49,106 nucleotides of DNA from Candidatus Woesearchaeota archaeon. GTDB taxonomy: Archaea; Nanobdellota; Nanobdellia; Woesearchaeales; GW2011-AR4. Both the position numbers and the translations under genes were made by a program. Within the stretch, counting starts at the first letter, position 1; the number at the start of each line of letters is the position of its first letter. Where the stretch lies: positions 1 through 49,106 of the forward strand of contig JACQSQ010000055.1 in the NCBI GenBank assembly GCA_016211245.1, read 5' to 3'. The notes under the pieces were generated by a model that saw only the letters and a program-made list of their open reading frames with translations, did no database searches and was not told the origin of the DNA. Positions 18,847-27,474 of this stretch are shown here, in pieces.

Positions 18847-21370
18847 AAGATGTAAATTTCTTGTTTTTGAGGTTCTCAGTAATTAGATAGAGTATGAATA
18901 GTTGCGCAATCCCGTCATAGTTATCACGCCATCTCGGATTGTTGTTCTCAAGCACGTCGTCGAGGCTTGGCACAAGCAGATAAGCTGTTCTTTCTATCTC
19001 TTTCCTGCTTATGGTTCCGTCAAAAGCGCAAGAGTAAGTGCTCATGTTATCGTTATATTCCAGATTTGTCTTTAGGGTTCTGATATTTGACAATAAGTCC
19101 ATTAATTCATGAGGGGAGTAAGCATTATCAATTGTAAGTTTAAGCACCAATTTGATTTTCTTGCTTTCATCCCATTCATTTTTTATTCTCGCTTTAGGCT
19201 CGTATCTTATTGAAATGTCCGCAAAATCTTTTTGAGGCGAAACATATTTCTTTGAGTCTGAACTCCTTTTCTCGAGCTGCTTCACAACACGCTCTTTCTT
19301 GTGGGATCTTTCTTTCATATCCCTTATTATCTTCCAATGCCTCCTTAAGCCCTCGTCTGGGTCCATAAAAATCTTGAGGTCGAGCAGCTGCCTCATTTTG
19401 CTTAGGTAAAAAGTGTGGAGCCCGCTTATCAGTATAAATTTGCTTGGCGATATCCTGCTGTGCTGCGTGAACTTTCCTGTTGTATGATCGTATTGCCTCC
19501 TAAAAACCATCCTGTCTTCCTTTATCTTTTGAAGATGCTCAAGCCCTAAATTCAGAAAATTCCCTCTAGGATTAAGGTGTGTTGTTATTTTCCAGTTCTT
19601 ATTCCCTCTTTCCCATTTGTGTAAGTCATCGCCTTCAAGCAGAGTCAGGTTCTTCTCGCCGACGAAATCTTTTATAAGATTAGTAGTCCAGTTCTTTCCG
19701 CTTCCTGAGTCTCCGGCTATGCCTAGGTTCAGCGAGGAAACTTTATACTCGAGATTGCTTATTATGCCGTTTTTATAGACAAAGAACGCATTTGTCAGCA
19801 AGACCCCGATAAACAAAGTGAACACAATATCAGATATTAACCCCGCATCAAATCCAAGCTTGAGAAGCAGATGGTGAGGATTTTCCAGGCTTGCAATTGA
19901 ACTGCTAATTGGCTGGAATGAATGTAATATATCTGAGTTTTGATGCAAGACTACAAAAAACAGGACATAAAGCAGGCTTATTGCAAAATAATATTTTCTA
20001 GACACACCTTCATCTTTTATGAAAAAATAAGTCAAGAATGGTATTGACCATAAAAACCATCCGGGCCGTGGAGGAACAAAAGTTACCAGCACTATAAAAA
20101 CCATAGCCAGAGACATGATAAATGCATCTTTGTTTATGCTCTTGAAATATGCCATCCTGAAAAATAACACGGCAACTACAAGAGGCGCAATATACAGCAC
20201 AATTCCATCTTTAAGGTAAGGTATGTTTAGGACAAAAAGCCAGCTTTGCTCTTCTGCCATCAGCACAAGCTGTTTGTAGCCCTCTGAGAACAAAAAAGAC
20301 CATATTAAAAGTATATAAGTCAAGAATGATATTCCAAAATATCTGATTATGCTTATTATGCCATATCTATTTCTCCACAAATATAGGAATATAAAAGGAA
20401 CTGCCGCAAAGATATTTGACTTGGATGCCAAGGCAAGCCCTAGGAACAAAAATGAAAGAGATTCCTTCTTAATCAGCAAGAGGTAAATGGACAGTATTAG
20501 GAAAAATACAGGTATAGCGTCAAGCTGCCCATGGAAATAATTAATATAAAATACAATTGGCGAGCACCAATAAAAAATCAAAATACTTTTTTCCCTGCCT
20601 TTCAGCATAAGGGTAAGAATGTAGAAGACCCCTATATCGGCAAGCAGAAGCGGCACTCTCATCAAAAATAAGTTTATCATCCCAATTGTTTGCCAGTTCA
20701 AATCCAGCATAAAATAGAACAAATAGCTTGGGAAAGACATGGCAGCAAGCATAATTGTAGGATAGGGGAAGGCTTTCAATAAATTCTGAGCCAAGAAAAA
20801 GTCGTAAGGATTGCTGAATCCGGAAGATATAAAGTAATTGATGAATGGCGCAAATCCCTTGACCATTAAGTCTGAACCAAAGAAAAATGAGAATAAAATT
20901 TTGATTACTAAGACTGAAAGGAATAGCTTGGATTTTAATATGCCTGGAACATTGGTTTTTCTGAATGCAAAGAACTTGCAACCAAAGAAATTTGTAAATG
21001 TGGTAAATCCTATAACTATTATAACGGCTATGAGAGGATCCATTTTGTAATTATGGACAAAAGTTTTAAGAAGGCTTAATCCTAAAAATAGCGAGAACGC
21101 GTATACTATGAAGTATTTTATCAACTCCCCTTTGTAATGCTCTTTTGATTTAAATGTTTTGAACTTGTTAAGAATAAACCCTACTAAAACCCCGGCTATA
21201 TAGCCTATTGCAGATGATATAAGATATTGCACTGAAAAAAGCCTGAGAAGAAGCGCAAAAACAACATAATTCACAATTGTGCTTAATCCGCCAACTACAG
21301 CGAACTTTACAAATTGGCTATGAAAGACTGGCAAATTCAAAATTTTCCGTGACAGCATTTTAGGCAACAT
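18839..21370 (-). CDS. Fusion of GtrA-like flippase, GT-C-type membrane glycosyltransferase and phosphoribulokinase/uridine-kinase-like domain
   Basis: KFAVVG...LNKFKTF (GtrA); FPYP, GQLD, LA.ASK, P.PGWFLW in multi-TM core; GIAGDSGSGK, GDDLHKWER, GLH, RDMKER (PRK/UK). Confidence 0.75.
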   Translation of the reverse strand: MLPKMLSRKILNLPVFHSQFVKFAVVGGLSTIVNYVVFALLLRLFSVQYLISSAIGYIAGVLVGFILNKFKTFKSKEHYKGELIKYFIVYAFSLFLGLSLLKTFVHNYKMDPLIAVIIVIGFTTFTNFFGCKFFAFRKTNVPGILKSKLFLSVLVIKILFSFFFGSDLMVKGFAPFINYFISSGFSNPYDFFLAQNLLKAFPYPTIMLAAMSFPSYLFYFMLDLNWQTIGMINLFLMRVPLLLADIGVFYILTLMLKGREKSILIFYWCSPIVFYINYFHGQLDAIPVFFLILSIYLLLIKKESLSFLFLGLALASKSNIFAAVPFIFLYLWRNRYGIISIIRYFGISFLTYILLIWSFLFSEGYKQLVLMAEEQSWLFVLNIPYLKDGIVLYIAPLVVAVLFFRMAYFKSINKDAFIMSLAMVFIVLVTFVPPRPGWFLWSIPFLTYFFIKDEGVSRKYYFAISLLYVLFFVVLHQNSDILHSFQPISSSIASLENPHHLLLKLGFDAGLISDIVFTLFIGVLLTNAFFVYKNGIISNLEYKVSSLNLGIAGDSGSGKNWTTNLIKDFVGEKNLTLLEGDDLHKWERGNKNWKITTHLNPRGNFLNLGLEHLQKIKEDRMVFRRQYDHTTGKFTQHSRISPSKFILISGLHTFYLSKMRQLLDLKIFMDPDEGLRRHWKIIRDMKERSHKKERVVKQLEKRSSDSKKYVSPQKDFADISIRYEPKARIKNEWDESKKIKLVLKLTIDNAYSPHELMDLLSNIRTLKTNLEYNDNMSTYSCAFDGTISRKEIERTAYLLVPSLDDVLENNNPRWRDNYDGIAQLFILYLITENLKNKKFTSYA

Positions 21371-21494
21371 TCTAAGCAGAATAATTTACAATTTAAAGAC
21401 TTTTTGAATTTTTGGGCTATTATGCAGGCATGTCGCATCATTTAAAAATATTTACTTCTCCACAAAGTTTAAGAATACACATTTTAAACCAGGT

Positions 21495-23336
21495 ATGATG
21501 ACAAAAAAACGCAAAATTATCTCATTCTGGGGGCCAGAGCTGATAATCATTTGCATCATTCTTTCCGTAATCTCTGGCTTGCAGCACATCATAATGGCAA
21601 AGGAGAATGGTGCGCTGTATGACCCCTTGCCAGTTAAGAACACGAGCATGTATATAGTAGAAGGGCTTGCATACGCTTCAAATGTTAACAGCGTTATTAA
21701 CGGCAACTATTTCCCGCTAAATGCCCATCTCGAGGGCAAAGAAAATATTTCCAATAATGTTGATATTTTTCCCAGCATTGTTTTGGGGTTGTTTGGAATA
21801 ATCTTTGGAATCGGCATAAAGGGACTGGCGATACTGACAAACTTAATACTGCCGCCCATAGTATTTCTGCTCTATTTTTATTTTTGCCACAAAATCCTTG
21901 GAATGCAAAGACTTTACTCAATTTTTGTCGCTCTTTTTCTGATTTTTTTTGTTCATGATATCGCATTGCTTGAAATTGCAAAAAACCTGCTTACAGCGAA
22001 TTTGAACTATTTCAAAACATTTTATTCCGCAAGGGCTATGTTTGTAGTCTCAAGATTTATGCAGCCCGGATTCACTATTATATCAATGATCTCCTCGCTC
22101 ATATTTCTGGTTTTATCTTTTAAGAAGAAAGGATTTGTTTACCCTGTTCTTACCGGTCTTATTGCTGCAGTACTGGCATATTCATACTTTTACTACTTCG
22201 CTTTCTTCTGGGCAACCTTTGCCTGCTTTGCATTTTTTATGGCATTATTCGCTAGAAGAAAAGAGCATATGCTCAAACTTGCGGTTATAGCTGTAATAGG
22301 CATAGCGCTCTCATTGCCTTATGTTTTACGGGTAATTGAATATGGTTCCCTTCCGCATAAGGGCGAATTGCTTGCAAGAATTGGGGCTTCGTTCGGGAGG
22401 AATATCAATATGAGCTCAATTTTATTTGCAGTTTTTCTCCTGCCTGCGGTTTTTTTAACGCTCAGAAAAGACAAGATAAACCTTTTTTTCATAAGCAGCT
22501 CTATTATTGCTGGCACGGTTCTTTTAAACATTCAGCTGCTTATTGGATATACTGTGCAATACTGGCACTGGTGGTTTAGGATAATAAATCCGCTTTATGT
22601 GATTATATCGGCGTTTTTATTGCAGGAAACTTTTTACCGGCTCAGAAAGTTAAGCATCATAGCTTATATAAAGCAAGTTCATCTAAAGATTGCCGGAATC
22701 TTCGGCGTTATGCTGCTGCTTCTTTTTGGCGCATTCATACAAATACATATTGCATCAAGCAATTACCAAAAACACAAATTTACTGAAAATGAAATCAGCT
22801 TGTATAAGTGGCTGAAGGACAATGCCCAGCCGGAATCTACTGTTTTAACAATCAGTATAGAGTACAATTACAAGCTGCAGGCATACACCCGCAATAATGT
22901 TTATCTGCCAAATGCACTTTTACACAATCTGAATTCTGAGGAGGTGATTGACAGGCTGCTTTCCGCATACAGCATTTTTTCAGTCAGCAATGAAACTTTA
23001 TGGAAGAAGATTACCTTATCTCCAAATACAAACGAATTGGAGGAATTTGAAGACTATGATTTTATCAATTATTTGTTTCATCACCAATTCAATTTTAATA
23101 AAGACAGGAATTATTTATACCCTGACGATAATGCTGTAGAAGGATTTCTCTTTCCCGAAAAATTTAGGCAACATATAATGAATAAATGGACGAAAAAAGA
23201 CTTTAAGTTTTATGATTTTGATTATGTTTTAGCCGAACCTTACTCAAAAGAAATAGGAAATACGGATATGATAAAAAAGAGATATAAGAAAGTTTATGAA
23301 AACGGCGATTTTGCCGTTTATTCAAAGAATGACTAG
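21495..23336 (+). CDS. Multi-pass membrane protein, probable GT-C-fold glycosyltransferase
   Basis: About 11-13 hydrophobic segments, E.LAY in the first loop, soluble C-terminal WLKDN...FDYV...KVYENGDFAVY domain. Confidence 0.55.
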   Translation: MMTKKRKIISFWGPELIIICIILSVISGLQHIIMAKENGALYDPLPVKNTSMYIVEGLAYASNVNSVINGNYFPLNAHLEGKENISNNVDIFPSIVLGLFGIIFGIGIKGLAILTNLILPPIVFLLYFYFCHKILGMQRLYSIFVALFLIFFVHDIALLEIAKNLLTANLNYFKTFYSARAMFVVSRFMQPGFTIISMISSLIFLVLSFKKKGFVYPVLTGLIAAVLAYSYFYYFAFFWATFACFAFFMALFARRKEHMLKLAVIAVIGIALSLPYVLRVIEYGSLPHKGELLARIGASFGRNINMSSILFAVFLLPAVFLTLRKDKINLFFISSSIIAGTVLLNIQLLIGYTVQYWHWWFRIINPLYVIISAFLLQETFYRLRKLSIIAYIKQVHLKIAGIFGVMLLLLFGAFIQIHIASSNYQKHKFTENEISLYKWLKDNAQPESTVLTISIEYNYKLQAYTRNNVYLPNALLHNLNSEEVIDRLLSAYSIFSVSNETLWKKITLSPNTNELEEFEDYDFINYLFHHQFNFNKDRNYLYPDDNAVEGFLFPEKFRQHIMNKWTKKDFKFYDFDYVLAEPYSKEIGNTDMIKKRYKKVYENGDFAVYSKND

Positions 23337-24424
23337 CGCCACAGCAGCTTTGCAAAATAAAAAAACCTTGGCTCTTTTAGAAGAAGATTTGCAACAAGAG
23401 GTATTGGAGTGTCTCTGTCATATTTCTTAAGTATTTTTCTGACTTTATCCTGGCTCATTAAATTCAGCAATTTGTCATAATCTTCATCTGAAAACTTGTT
23501 CAATATTTTTCTTATTCTTAAGTGCAGCAATAATTCCCTACCAGATTGTTTTTTGAATTCTTTATTGTAATCTTTGTTGTTGATTATACAATCACATAAT
23601 GACTGTGCTGCTTTTAGCGATGGAATAATGCCGCCTCCGGTAGTCGCTTTTACTTGAGCGGCTGCGTCTCCAATAAGGTATATGCTGCCTTTTTGTATTA
23701 TTTTGTTTGGGTTGTATAAGGGTATCAATCCGCTTTCCCAGCACAAGACATCTGATTTCCCAGTCCTGCTTTTCAAAAATCTATAGAAATAATGCTCAGC
23801 ATTCTCAAAGCAGCCAATGCCCAACCTAACTGTGTCATCGCTTTCAGGCACAACCCAGCCAAAAAAATCCGGGAAATCAGTTCCAAAATAACACTCAAAA
23901 GAGCTTGTGTCCATATCGAGTTTGACTTTCGCCTGCATTCCAATATAATTTTTTGAGATGGAATTCATGCCGACTGCCCTGGCAACTGCAGAGTAAGGGC
24001 CGTCAGCGCCCACAACAATTTCAGATTTAAGATTTTTTATCTTTTCATTTTTCCTATCTTTGACCTTGACTGAATTTTTTCCATTAATTCCAATAAACTT
24101 ATGATTTAACAATATCTTCACACCTTCTTTTTCAGCCATGCCGGCAACAAATTTATCGAACAAATCACGCCACATCACTATCTCATCAACATTAACTGCA
24201 ATCCTGTTATTTTTGCTGGCTACTATTACCTTGTTCAAGCGCTTCGCTATGACCCCATTCTTCAATTTGAAGAACTTTTCTATAGAGTGGGTTACTATGC
24301 CCGTGCATTGTACTGGCTTTCCAACAGCATCATGCTCCTCGATTATAGCCACATCTTTGCCCTGCCTGGCCAATAAATAGCCAAGATAGCTGCCCGCAGG
24401 ACCGGCCCCTATTATAGTGATCAT
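23333..24424 (-). CDS. Geranylgeranyl-reductase-family flavoprotein
   Basis: IIGAGPAG, G.PVQC.G, GADG..S.VA, FFGWVVP, IGDAAAQVK..TGGGI. Confidence 0.85.
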   Translation of the reverse strand: MITIIGAGPAGSYLGYLLARQGKDVAIIEEHDAVGKPVQCTGIVTHSIEKFFKLKNGVIAKRLNKVIVASKNNRIAVNVDEIVMWRDLFDKFVAGMAEKEGVKILLNHKFIGINGKNSVKVKDRKNEKIKNLKSEIVVGADGPYSAVARAVGMNSISKNYIGMQAKVKLDMDTSSFECYFGTDFPDFFGWVVPESDDTVRLGIGCFENAEHYFYRFLKSRTGKSDVLCWESGLIPLYNPNKIIQKGSIYLIGDAAAQVKATTGGGIIPSLKAAQSLCDCIINNKDYNKEFKKQSGRELLLHLRIRKILNKFSDEDYDKLLNLMSQDKVRKILKKYDRDTPIPLVANLLLKEPRFFYFAKLLWR

Positions 24425-24447
24425 AGACTTAGGATGAAAGGTAGATT

Positions 24448-24467
24448 TATATATATATATATATATA
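24448..24467. repeat. (TA)10 microsatellite at the TATA-box position of the reductase promoter
   Basis: TATATATATATATATATATA, 24-43 bp upstream of the minus-strand ATG at 24424. Confidence 0.85.
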
Positions 24468-24590
24468 GTGCCATACCTATGAGTATACTGTAACCACTAC
24501 CTAATAATAAAAACCGAAAAGTTTAAATACTAGCGTTTTATCCTTTTGTACTTACTGATTAATAGTACTAAATAACGAGTTGGGGGGAAG

Positions 24591-26627
24591 ATGATCAAGA
24601 AGACAATTACATTGGCATTTTTGCTTGTTTTCAGCATTTTGGCCAGTAGCTTTGCTTATGCAGGCCACTCAAGCCAGTTTGACATTTCTATAGACAGGGT
24701 TGTTGTAAATAATCAGGCAATCAGCCAGTCGAAAAACAACCTCTTGCCGGATGCAGACACCTTTATTTTCAAAGTGGACTTGACAGCTGTCAGGGATTTA
24801 GAGAAGGCTCATGTAGAAGTTTCTATGAGGGGAAGGCAAAGCAATGATGCGGTGGCGGATTCAACAGATGCCTTCAATATGCTTGAGAATCAAAGCGCAA
24901 GAATAAATCTTGCATTAAGCCTGAATGATGGACTAAAGAGGGAAAATAATTTTGAGCTTATAGTCAAAGTTACAGACTCAAGGGGAAGATCAGAGCAGAA
25001 ATCATATGGGATAAAAACAAAACAGACTACAAATGAGCGAGATTTGGACGTCTCAATCGACAGGGTAAAAGTCAATAATCAGGTTGTGACCCAGTCAAGA
25101 ACCAATTTTATAGAGGAAAAGGATGATTTTAATGTTGCTGTTGAATTGACAGCCCTTGAAAACGTTGAAAGAGCGCATGTGGAAGCCATATTAAAAGACA
25201 GGAACAGCGGAAGTGTTGTTGCTGACGCAACAGAGAATTTCAATTTGGCAGACAATTCAAACACGCAAAAACAGCTAAAACTAGTGTTGCTGGACAAGCT
25301 GAAGAAAAGCAGCAATTTCGAGCTTACAGTAAAAATAGTTGATGCGGAGGGAGATTCCTTAAGCCAGGCTTACGGCATTACAATGAAAAATGGAAAAGCC
25401 GATGCAAAGCAGCTTGACGTGTCCTTTGACAGGGTTGAAATCGAAGACAAGGTTGTGATTGAAAATCAGGAAAATTTTGTAGTTACAGGAGAAAGCACAA
25501 AACAGCTTGATGTCAGGGTTTCATTTACCTCTAATGAGAACATAGAGAATGCAAGGCTAGAAACCATATTGATGTTTGAAAATGGGAATGTTATAGCTGA
25601 CTCCAGCCAAGCCACATTTAACCTTACACAGGACCAAAAGGCAGTAAAGGATTTGGAATTGGAGTTGCCGGGAAAATTCAAGCAGGATAGATTCCAGCTT
25701 AAATTAAGGCTTGTAGATACAGACGGAAATTCAATCGAAAAATCGTATAATATGAAGATAGCCCAGCAAAAATTCCCTTTTGTAATAAGCACAATAACCT
25801 TAAATCCGGAAGACAAGGCACAGGCAGGTAAATCCTTGGGCATAAATCTTGTGTTTAAGAACAGCGGAGTGCTGCCTCTTGAAGGCATTTTTGCAAAAGC
25901 AAGTATAGAAGAGCTAGGCTTGTCATCCACAAAATACATCGATCCTTTGAAAAACAAGGGAAAAGAGCTGATTAGCGAAGAATTCATAATAAAGATTCCG
26001 GAAACAGCACAGACTGAAACATATACCCTGAAAGCAGAGATAGGCTCGCAGCTTGACAGCAAAAAGGAAACAAAAGAAATACAATTTGAAATAGCCGGCA
26101 AGACAGAATTTGTTTTTGAAGACATAAGCTTGACATCAATAAAAGTCCCTGTTATTAAGCAGGATGTAGCCAGTGATGGCAGAGAAGCTTTGTATAAAGT
26201 TGTAATAACCAATGAGGATACGAAGCCAAACAGCTATACAATCTCGCTTGATGGAAATGGATGGGCAGATTTGAGGCTAAAGGAGACAAGCGCTTTCGTG
26301 CTTAATGCCCACGAATCAAAAAGCATTAATGTGTATGCTTCAACAACCAAAGACTTAGCAAGCGAGCAAAGATTTTTTGTCGTAGTCAAAAGCAACGACA
26401 AGGTTCTGAGGGAAATAACCTTCAAGGCAAATGTTGTTTCTGCCAAGAGAGCCAATGCTTTTTACCAGCTTGACTTAAAGTCAATGATCCAGATATCTTT
26501 GATTTTGATGACGTTGGTCTTGGTTGCAATTGGGGTGTTTTACGGGCTTAAGAACGTGGCTAGAAAAGACAATGGTGAAGAAAGCGCGGCTGGCGAGGAG
26601 ATGCCCCAGAGCGAGCCTTATTATTAG
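24591..26627 (+). CDS. Secreted, C-terminally anchored repeat protein (S-layer/Ig-like domains)
   Basis: Signal peptide; three repeats of about 120 aa beginning DISIDRV / DVSIDRV / DVSFDRV; C-terminal TM and acidic tail ending YY. Confidence 0.7.
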   Translation: MIKKTITLAFLLVFSILASSFAYAGHSSQFDISIDRVVVNNQAISQSKNNLLPDADTFIFKVDLTAVRDLEKAHVEVSMRGRQSNDAVADSTDAFNMLENQSARINLALSLNDGLKRENNFELIVKVTDSRGRSEQKSYGIKTKQTTNERDLDVSIDRVKVNNQVVTQSRTNFIEEKDDFNVAVELTALENVERAHVEAILKDRNSGSVVADATENFNLADNSNTQKQLKLVLLDKLKKSSNFELTVKIVDAEGDSLSQAYGITMKNGKADAKQLDVSFDRVEIEDKVVIENQENFVVTGESTKQLDVRVSFTSNENIENARLETILMFENGNVIADSSQATFNLTQDQKAVKDLELELPGKFKQDRFQLKLRLVDTDGNSIEKSYNMKIAQQKFPFVISTITLNPEDKAQAGKSLGINLVFKNSGVLPLEGIFAKASIEELGLSSTKYIDPLKNKGKELISEEFIIKIPETAQTETYTLKAEIGSQLDSKKETKEIQFEIAGKTEFVFEDISLTSIKVPVIKQDVASDGREALYKVVITNEDTKPNSYTISLDGNGWADLRLKETSAFVLNAHESKSINVYASTTKDLASEQRFFVVVKSNDKVLREITFKANVVSAKRANAFYQLDLKSMIQISLILMTLVLVAIGVFYGLKNVARKDNGEESAAGEEMPQSEPYY

Positions 26628-26668
26628 GGATTTTATTTTAAAAATTTTATATTTTGAAATTCTTTAAC

Positions 26669-27409
26669 ATGGACGGAATGGCAGCTGAGTTGTGGCGTCG
26701 TACAGAACCAATGCTCCAGTCAGATTTCTTGATGAGACAGCACTTTCCCGAATGGCTAGGAGATGTTAGCGGAAAACACATTTTGGATGCATGTTGCGGT
26801 GAAGGATATGTCGCTAGAATGCTCGCTGCTAGAGGTGCAACAGTTAAAGCTTTTGACCACAATCCACGAATGATAGAATTAGCTCAATCCGTCACAGAGC
26901 CATCCGGCATAGAATATAAAGTTGCTAGCATGAAAGATTTTGATAAGATTTACCAGCATGAGGCATTTGATGTTGTAGTTTGGAGCGGAATGCCTCCATT
27001 TTTTGACGAAAAGGGACTTTACCGTTCTATTGAGCAGTTAGCCAATTTATTATCAGCAGATGGAAAATTATTGGTTACTAACCTGCACACAGACGCTTAT
27101 TTTAAGAGAGCAAAATCCAATTGGGTAATACTTACGAGCGAACTAGACTCAAAACTTGACACACAGCAAGGCTCTTTGGATTTTTATACACCAGACAAGA
27201 GATTAGCATTTTCTGGACCAACTTACTTTCACACTCCACTCCAAATAAAGAAAGCAATATCGGCTGCAAACTTAGAAATTAGAGAAGAGCATGCTCCACT
27301 AGCTTCACAAGAAGATATTAAACATTTTCCTCGTATGTGGGTTGATGAAGTAAGAATTCCATTTTATTATGCAGTTATAGGTGTAAAAAGTCAGAAGCAT
27401 GAAAATTAA
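26669..27409 (+). CDS. Class I SAM-dependent methyltransferase
   Basis: ILDACCGEG, AFD, FDVVV motifs; start placed at the first ATG. Confidence 0.85.
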   Translation: MDGMAAELWRRTEPMLQSDFLMRQHFPEWLGDVSGKHILDACCGEGYVARMLAARGATVKAFDHNPRMIELAQSVTEPSGIEYKVASMKDFDKIYQHEAFDVVVWSGMPPFFDEKGLYRSIEQLANLLSADGKLLVTNLHTDAYFKRAKSNWVILTSELDSKLDTQQGSLDFYTPDKRLAFSGPTYFHTPLQIKKAISAANLEIREEHAPLASQEDIKHFPRMWVDEVRIPFYYAVIGVKSQKHEN

Positions 27410-27433
27410 AATTAATTTTTGAATACAAAAAAC

Positions 27434-27448
27434 AATAACGTTTAAATA
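27434..27448 (+). promoter_or_regulatory. BRE/TATA promoter of the tRNA gene
   Basis: TTTAAATA at 27441-27448 with an A-rich upstream stretch, about 27 nt before the tRNA 5' end. Confidence 0.65.
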
Positions 27449-27474
27449 ACACATAAATTTCTTCTATTCTGTAT

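Noticed and set aside
18839..19730. Phosphoribulokinase as a sign of a Calvin-type pathway
   Set aside because: The domain is fused to glycosylation modules in a sugar operon, has an altered P-loop, and no RuBisCO is in the window.
25466..26212. 248-aa minus-strand ORF
   Set aside because: Antisense shadow of the surface-protein gene; no motifs.
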